Origin: Macrostomum hystrix
Taxonomy: Eukaryota; Animalia; Platyhelminthes
Length of the DNA stretch: 64,000 nt
NCBI GenBank assembly: GCA_950097015.1
Contig: CATNEN010000039.1
Coordinates: 9,362,001 to 9,426,000, forward strand
Direction: 5' to 3'
The position numbers and the translations under genes are program-made. Under the pieces are notes generated by a model. That model was given only the letters and a program-made list of their open reading frames with translations. It made no database searches and was not told the DNA's origin. Of this stretch, positions 48,001 through 57,000 are shown one piece after another. Within the stretch, counting starts at the first letter, position 1. Each line of letters starts with the position of its first letter.

Positions 48001-51000
48001 TCTGACAACAGTCCGCGACGAACGGCTTCGTCGAGGGAGATCTGCTCTCCAGTTCTGGGATCGGTCACTGTGCCACTCTTTGTGTCCAGAGAGTTGCTCA
48101 TGTCGTCAAACGGCGGTTTGGATGCCTCCTTCAGTTTCTGAGCTTCGTCCTCTGATAAGAGACCGCGTCGTGCTGCTTCGTCGATAGGACATCTGTTCTC
48201 CGGTTCTGGGATCAGTGACAAGACCGCTCTTCTTGTCCAGCGACTTGTTCAGGTCCTCGAACGACGGCTGAACTTTTCTTCGAAGTCGATCAGCCTCGTC
48301 TTCTGACAACAGTCCGCGACGAACGGCTTCGTCGAGGGAGATCTGCTCTCCAGTTCTGGGATCGGTCACTGTGCCACTCTTTGTGTCCAGAGAGTTGCTC
48401 ATGTCGTCAAACGGCGGTTTGGATGCCTCCTTCAGTTTCTGAGCTTCGTCCTCTGATAAGAGACCGCGTCGTGCTGCTTCGTCGATGGACATCTGTTCTC
48501 CGGTTCTGGGATCAGTGACAAGACCGCTCTTCTTGTCCAGCGACTTGTTCAGGTCCTCGAACGACGGCTGAACTTTTCTTCGAAGTCGATCAGCCTCGTC
48601 TTCTGACAACAGTCCGCGACGAACGGCTTCGTCGAGGGAGATCTGCTCTCCAGTTCTGGGATCGGTCACTGTGCCACTCTTTGTGTCCAGAGAGTTGCTC
48701 ATGTCGTCAAACGGCGGTTTGGATGCCTCCTTCAGTTTCTGAGCTTCGTCCTCTGATAAGAGACCGCGTCGTGCTGCTTCGTCGATGGACATCTGTTCTC
48801 CGGTTCTGGGATCAGTGACAAGACCGCTCTTCTTGTCCAGCGACTTGTTCAGGTCCTCGAACGACGGCTGAACTTTTCTTCGAAGTCGATCAGCCTCGTC
48901 TTCTGACAACAGTCCGCGACGAACGGCTTCGTCGAGGGAGATCTGCTCTCCAGTTCTGGGATCGGTCACTGTGCCACTCTTTGTGTCCAGAGAGTTGCTC
49001 ATGTCGTCAAACGGCGGTTTGGATGCCTCCTTCAGTTTCTGAGCTTCGTCCTCTGATAAGAGACCGCGTCGTGCTGCTTCGTCGATAGACATCTGTTCTC
49101 CGGTTCTGGGATCAGTGACAAGACCGCTCTTCTTGTCCAGCGACTTGTTCAGGTCCTCGAACGACGGCTGAACTTTTCTTCGAAGTCGATCAGCCTCGTC
49201 TTCTGACAACAGTCCGCGACGAACGGCTTCGTCGAGGGAGATCTGCTCTCCAGTTCTGGTATCGGTCACTGTGCCACTCTTTGTGTCCAGAGAGTTGCTC
49301 ATGTCGTCAAACGGCGGTTTGGATGCCTCCTTCAGTTTCTGAGCTTCGTCCTCTGATAAGAGACCGCGTCGTGCTGCTTCGTCGATAGACATCTGTTCTC
49401 CGGTTCTGGGATCAGTGACAAGACCGCTCTTCTTGTCCAGCGACTTGTTCAGGTCCTCGAACGACGGCTGAACTTTTCTTCGAAGTCGATCAGCCTCGTC
49501 TTCTGACAACAGTCCGCGACGAACGGCTTCGTCGAGGGAGATCTGCTCTCCAGTTCTGGTATCGGTCACTGTGCCACTCTTTGTGTCCAGAGAGTTGCTC
49601 ATGTCGTCAAACGGCGGTTTGGATGCCTCCTTCAGTTTCTGAGCTTCGTCCTCTGATAAGAGACCGCGTCGTGCTGCTTCGTCGATAGACATCTGTTCTC
49701 CGGTTCTGGGATCAGTGACAAGACCGCTCTTCTTGTCCAGTGAGGAAATGAGCTTTATTTCAGTCTTGTTTCTTTTTTCTTGGGTGGTTTCTACAGTTTG
49801 TTCTGACTTCTTGATTTTTGAACCCTTGGATTCCTGGAAGACCGTCTTGGTTGACTTGGTTGCGTTGTCAGAAACATCTACTGGGCCAGAGGTATTGTCT
49901 ACGTTTGTTTGTGTATCAGCGTCTACTAGTGAGTTTTTATCAGTGGAAACCGCAGAAACTACTTGGGTTTTCGATTCTTTAGCTTTATGACGGCTGCTTT
50001 CGTCCTCGAAATGTAGCTCTGATATTGTTTTTCTTTCAGTTGCGATTCGATCGTTAATCTCTAAGGTTTCTTGATGCTTATCATCAGAGTGAAGATCCAA
50101 GGCATCAATACTCTCATTTGATGGCTGTGATTTTGGACTTTGCACAACTGTGACATCTTTGAAATATACACTAGCCTCGGTTAGATATGTTGTATGAGCA
50201 CTCGCAAACGAAACAGCTGTTGTTTTCTCTTGCACGCTATGATCTTGCCTTGTGCTGAAAGTTTCCGCTGTTGGCGCTTTTGACATTATGATTTCCTCTG
50301 TAGTACTCCGCTTCGCCTTTAAAATATCAGAAACGTGGACAGTTTTTTGGCGGCTCTCGCCATCTTCTATATGGAGATCTTCCACTGGAGCATTTGCTTT
50401 ATCGTTTGCCTTTTGGGTGCCTGTAAGGTCTTTCAAAACACGACTAACAGTATGTGCTTCTTCTCGAGACAAGATGCCCCTTTTAATAGCTACATCGATA
50501 GACAGTGTTTGACCAGTTCTCGGGTCTGTGACAGTCCCGGTATTTGGATTTAGAGAGCTTGAAACTTCATCGAAACTGGGCTTAGTCCTGTCTCTAAGCT
50601 TCTTTGCTTCAACAGAGGACAGGATCTTTTTCGCTAAAGCTTCGTCAATAGTCAACTCCTCTCCAGTTCTTGGATCGGTAATAGTGCCGGCAAGTGGATC
50701 TAATGAACTGGCGATGTCATCGAACTTTGGTTTCACCTTGTTGCGCAGCTTTTTAGCTTCGGTTGGTGTTAAAATTTTATTGGTGACAGCGTCGTCAATC
50801 GACATCTCTTCGCCAGTTCTGGGATCAGTCACAGTACCGCTGATCGGATTAAGCGTGTCTGCAACATCATCAAACTTGGGCTTCATTGTGTCTTTAAGCT
50901 TTTTGGCCTCGGAAGGTGTCAATAGTTTATTCGCAAGCGCTTCTTCTATGGTCATTTCTTGACCATTTCTAGGATCAGTTACAATGCCGCTATCTGGATC

Positions 51001-54000
51001 AAAAGAGTGTGCCACATCTTTAAATTTGGGCTTCACCTTTTCGCGCAGTCGTTTTGCTTCGGCTGGCAAAAGAACATTCTTGTCTAGCGCTTCATCGATT
51101 GTCATATCCTCACCGGTCCTGGGGTCTGTGACGGTACCCTTAATCGGATCGAGTGAATTAGCAACATCTTCAAATTTCGGTTTGACCCTACTTCGCAGCT
51201 TCTTAGCTTCGGCGGGAGTAAGCAATTTGCTTTTAACTGCATCGTCAATAGATAGTTCTTCTCCAGTTCTGGGATCAGTGACTGTACCATCTGTGGGATC
51301 GAGCGATTTCGAAACATCTTCAAATTTAGGCTTTACCTTTTCACGAAGCTTCTTTGCTTCTGAAGGACTCAAAAGCTTCTTAGCTAGAGCATCATCCACA
51401 GTCATTTCCTCCCCAGTTCTGGGGTCAGCAATAGTGCCAGTTCTGGGATCCAAGGAACTAGCTAAATCAGCAAACTTTGGTTTCACTTTTCTTTGGAGCC
51501 TCTTAGCCTCATCAGGAGACAACAGCTTCTTCGACAAAGCCTCTTCGATTGGTATCACTTTTCCAGTTTCCGGATCTAAAAGGCTGCCTTTGTTAGGATC
51601 AAACGACTTGACAATATCATTAAAAGTAGGCTTGGCCTTCTCTGCTGGAGAAGGACTGGAAGATGCTGTAACTTCTGGAGCTACTTGCGGTGGAGTAACT
51701 GCTGATTGAACAACCGGCATTTCTTCAAGCTTCGACAAAGGAGGAGTCTGCAAAGCAATTTAAGTGTGTCATTTAGCCCTTAAACACTCCTATACAATCC
51801 CAGAACTGCAATCCCAGTCCTACAATCTCAGAACTACAAGTACAGCACTCACCGCTCGCTGGACCTCAGCCCTGGCCGCAAGCTGCTGGCGTTCCTTCTG
51901 CGCCACATCCGGCGGTAGCGGATTGGGGCTGCACAAGCCGATCTCCTCTTCGATGGTGCGAGCGTGATAGCTGTCGAAATAATCACCCAGCGGCGGTGGC
52001 GGTCTGCGATTGAACGGCGTGACGCGGACTAGGCCTTCGGCAATGGCGTCAGCCAGTGTGGACGTATCGCCAGTGGCAGAGTCCATGTAGGTCGCCCGAT
52101 TGGCGTCAATTAAGCCGGCGTTGAGCGCTTCATCTGGCGGCAACATGAGGCGCGATTTGGCATCGTAGACTGCGCGTACCTGTTTGATAGGGTAGTTTTT
52201 TAAGTCGGTTAGTTACGAGTACTGTCCTATCAATTAGTATGAGAGCCCTCAGAACAGGGATACGTACTGAAGCACGCACTCACTCAAGGGGGCCAGTGGC
52301 AGAGCGTTTAACGCGTTTGCCTGTCACACCATGGTCGCAAAGCTCGAATCCTTGTCCTGGAATTCGCAGCCTATTAAAGCCAACCCCCAGAGCACAGATA
52401 GAGTGCACACCGACTCCAGTGTGTTCAATGCGTAGAATTGCTTTATTTGCCTAAATTTCGCCAAGTGACGTCCCAGTAGTGTACACTTTCACTGTCCATT
52501 TGGGGATTGGTTCTTAAGGGTGTAAATTGCACAACAAGCCCTCAAACCTTCACTCCGCGGCTGCGACCCCAACTACGAGAAAATGTGAAACTAAACTACA
52601 GGAAGCAAACAAGACGGAATTAGGTACAACGAAGCAATGAATAAGTTTCTAACAAGCACCTCCAATGGCGGCTCGCGACGATGCCTGAACCGCTCTACTA
52701 GTAGCAGTCCGTCTCGACCGAACGTGACAATTGTGGCAAACAGGCTGCGTCTTCGAATGGCTTCAGAAATGCCAATCCGACTCTGAGTTGAAGGATCTTT
52801 CATTGTGCCAGCGTTCAGATCAATTTCACCATTAATCAGCATCTGGGAGGTGATGTGCAGCTCCAGGCCGGTGCCGCGATGCTCGTGCCAGATGCAGTCA
52901 ATTATGCAGTTCCGCTCGCCCCGAATTGGCTCGCCGAATTCTTCATGGTCATCTAGCGCCGGCTGGTGACTTTTTGGCGGAGGCAATGACGCCACCGACG
53001 CCGGTGATGTCAACGCTGTTGTAGCCGGTGGCGGCGGCGGCGGTCGTCTTCGTCGGCCAGTCGTCACTGTAGACGACGGCGGAAGGCGACGCTGAGCCGA
53101 CTCGCTCAGAATTTGAGACGCCGTGGTTGCAATCGAGTCTTCAACTGCGTCGGCGTCCTCTGCTTCGAGCCGCTCTTGCTCAGCTTCTAGATTTGCTTCA
53201 GAAGCGCTGGTTTCAACTGTTGAGGCTGTAGGCGTAGAGTGCAGCTGGTTAGTAAGCGACTCTTCGCTCTCATCTAGTCGCCTGTTTTCTGCACAACTCG
53301 GGTCAGTCCTAACAGGGCTGGCATTTTGTGTGCGCAAAGACAGGCCAGAGTCAGCCGAGGTGACGCCGCCCCCAAACTCATACTCGGCCGCAACGGAGCT
53401 CTCAGTTGAGGCCGGCCCACTCCGATGCACAATAGCCTCATTCTCCGCAGCCGCGCCCACACCGGGGCTAGCCGGGCCAGCCAATAGACTCTTTGCTAAT
53501 AAAGCCTCCTCTTCCACAATGGATCTGAGCTCCACATCGCCAGGTCGCAACAGAGTGGACAGAACAGCGTCGGGACCGACCAGACCATCGTCGGCGGCTT
53601 GGCGCAGGCTGATCCGTCTGCCAGTGCAGTGATTCACGTAGACGCCCTGATCCGGATCTACGATGCCCAGCTTGACAGCCTCTTCAAATGTGACCGACTC
53701 CAGCGTTACTGGATTGAGCACAGCTGCCGGGCCCACTAGCTTGGCTCTGGTGACACGAGCTCGCTCAACAGGGCGCATCGCCACCCTGGATGTAAGCAGC
53801 ACAGGGCAGGACAGTTGCATCAGAAGCAGGGCCTTGTCAGAGGTCAGCAAGGAGCCGCTGGCGGCCTCTTGAATAGTGTAGACTGCGCCGGACTTTGAGT
53901 CCACAACGCGACCCTGAGCGGCGTCGAATAAACCGGCTTGGGCGGCTTCCATCACCGACAGTTCAACGCCATCGGCTGATGTTTGCTGCTGGCGAAGGCC

Positions 54001-57000
54001 GGAGCCGGAATTTAGAGCCGCCGCCGCCTGCCCGCTTATCAAGCCGCGCTGCACAGCCTCGGCCAGCGGGAGGCCGCAGCAGCGTCCGGTTGCAAGGTCG
54101 ACTTGGCCTCTCTGAATCGCGGTTGCCAATGGCAATCGGACTGTGGTGCTGACGGACACGGTGTCGGAAAAAGGCACAGCGACCTCTTCGTCAAGCAGGA
54201 GGACTCGAGATTCGGCCAGCGCCGCCGTCAACGGCAATGGGGCGGGCTTGCAGCGCAGCCGACCGTCGGGCGTGAGGAGGCCTCGTTGAAGGCCCTCACT
54301 CAGGCTGATGACGTCACGCCTGCTGGAATTAGAACTATCTAGTACGAGTGCCTTCTGGTCGCCGTCAATAACGCCGTTGCTAAGCAACTCGGCCAGATTG
54401 ATATCGGTGTTGTCGCTAGTGGGCTGCAGCAGACCCTGGTTTAAAAAAATCAGAAGCTTTTGTAATCGAAGAACCTTTGATTTAACGAGATTATCAGAAT
54501 GCGAACTCGCAAAATATCCTCATTTCTTACCGAGCGCAGCGCCTCGGCCAGCGACACGGGTGGCCTCAGTAGGCTCAGCCGCCTAGCAGCTGCAAATTCC
54601 AGCCATTCGCCTGTGTGGAAGTCACGCATTCGTCCAGTTGTCAAGTCGACGATTCCGGCCGAGTCGGCCTCAGCTACAGTCAGCTTCTGGCCGTTGTCAG
54701 GCCCGGTGACAACCTCTCTAACGCCGGTATCGAGTAGGCCACCTGCAGACGCTTGAGCATAGGTGAGCAGCCGGCCTGAACATGGATCCAGCACGCCACC
54801 GGTGCGGCACAGGCCATTGTCCAGCAGTCGGCTCAGACTCATTCGAGCCAAACCAGTTCCAGCCAGTTCTTGGACACCAAAATGACCTCTGGTACTGGAA
54901 CGAATCATCAACCCGTCGTCGTAATCATCAATTAGAGTCTGCTCAGAGGGTGTCTTCGCAGGAGCAGCAGCAACAGCAGCAGCAGCGGCGTCAAGTCCCG
55001 CCGGGCCCAGAATTCTGGCTCTGAGGCTAGCGATAGCGGAATGTACGCCAGCCAGACAGGCCGAATAGTCGGCGTTAACGCGGGACAGCTCATCGGCCAG
55101 CTGTTGCGCATTGTCACCGCCGCCATCCACGGCTTCGTAGCGTTTCGCCGCGCTAGCCAAAGCGCCTCCGGCCATATTCAGAGCGTCAACATCTGAACGA
55201 GCGCTACAAAGACTCTGACGCAACGTCAGGGCGCGTTCGAATGCTTGACAGAGAGACTGCAGAGTGTCCGTGGACAAATTCGTTGACTGCGAAGAGACCT
55301 GCGACGGAGGCGGCGCTTGTAGATTGCGCAGCTTCTGCCGACAGCCGGCTAGCCAGACGGCGCAGTCCTGCACCAGCTGCTGGTAGGCGGCGAAATCGTT
55401 GCCGCAGGCGCGCAGAGCTCTCAGGCGAGGCTCCAACAAGGCTGACAAATGCTGGCGGCATCGGGCTATGATGGCTTCGGCTGCGGCGACGTCGGCATCG
55501 TTGGTTCTTGAAGAATCTGCAGCTAGCTGGCGATGTTGCTGCAGCTTAGCAATACAGTCATGCAAAGCTTCGGTTAAGCTTGTGTGCGTTTTCTGCAGAA
55601 ACGAATAGAGGATAAGGTCGCCATTGAAACTGGATTAAGAATGTAGATTTCTTACAGACAGTTTCTATAATGTGGGTCGTGGGCTAGTGGATTGAGCGTC
55701 GGACTTACGAATTAAAGGTCAGGGGTTCGATTCCCGATGCAACTAGAACACTTTCACCCAGCAGTTAAATGGGTACCAGCACTTAGCTAGGGAATTTGAG
55801 GGTGGGTGTGGCGTCCCCACCAGTTCATGGCCTTCTAAGAATCGTATGAAGTCTTCAGATCAGAAGCTGTCGTCTGCACGTCTCACCCAGTTAGGAAGGT
55901 GTAATCAACTAGTATAATGAATAATTGTAAACCCAAAAATTGCTATTTAACTTTTACTGAGAAGGCCACTGCGTCTAAGCAGTGCACAATGTACCTTCAA
56001 TGCGTCCAGACTCCGCTCCATCTGGGCTTGTGTCAACGGAAATGCAGCCACCTCGGCAAATGCCAGCGTGTCGGCCGCGTTCAAGCGAAGCTCCAAATCG
56101 GCCACTGAGTAGGCTAGGCCGGCTTCGCCGACGACTTCGCCAGCTGCAGATGAGCCGCCGATGGAGCTTTGACGCTCGCAGGCTCGCCTGCAGAGTTCCA
56201 ATTCCGAGCGCAGCTTCTTTGACTCTTCGTCTGCCTCAGCCGCATCGCTGCCTTCAAAAACGCCAGCCTCCTCAGTCAGTTGTTGCTCAACTTCGCGTTC
56301 CACAGCTGCCAGCGCCGCCAGCCGCTGTTCGGCTGAACCGGCGGCGGAGAAGGATGCACGCCTGCCGCTGCGCAACCCGGCCAAACGGCTCAGCAGGTGG
56401 CGACGGCGCAGGGCGAGTCGCCGGCGTCGCCATAGAGCGGCAGCAGAGGCGGCCTCGGCTTGGAGGCTGCGGGCAGTCAGGACAGCGGCTGGCCAAGGAG
56501 TCCGCAAGCACACAGCCGGCAGCCAGGTGGAAGCGGAAGCCGCTTGCGCTGCTGATGTTGGCGCGTAAGAGGTGGACATTGGTGAGACTAGGCACATTGG
56601 CCCGTCGACTTGTTCGATGCTGACTGTCAGGTTTGTGGGTAGGCCGGCCCATTGGCAGAGCATCTGGCCAGACATCCTGGGTGATGCGGCGGTTTCTGAG
56701 ACATTAAAGACAGCCGGAGCCAGCAGGGCCTGATGCGGAGCAGAGCTCGCTAGCTGTAAAACAAAAGTACAAAGTTTGTACGGTTATCCAAAACCTTAAC
56801 GACACAGGAAATGCTAAACCATTAACCCAACTTGAATCCCTTCAAATTTGGATCAATGATCCTTATAGCATGCCAAACCTAAGCTGGAAATACAAACTAA
56901 CTAACCGAGTCCGCATCGCCTGCCACGCGATCCAGGTTTTCTCGAAGGTCGTCAATGGCGCGCAATCGACTAGCCGTGGACTCAGCTGATTGGCCAGGCC

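Noticed and set aside
48181-48190. Programmed ribosomal frameshifting or pseudogenisation as the cause of the frame breaks
   Set aside because: No slippery heptamer; both breaks are merges of two unit variants; all other exons have intact frames and splice sites.
55673-55745. tRNA-like sequences (also ~18140-18205, ~23371-23430, ~52268-52340, ~25590-25620)
   Set aside because: Only A/B-box remnants, several attached to dispersed repeat bodies; I could not fold a complete cloverleaf. Treated as SINE heads.
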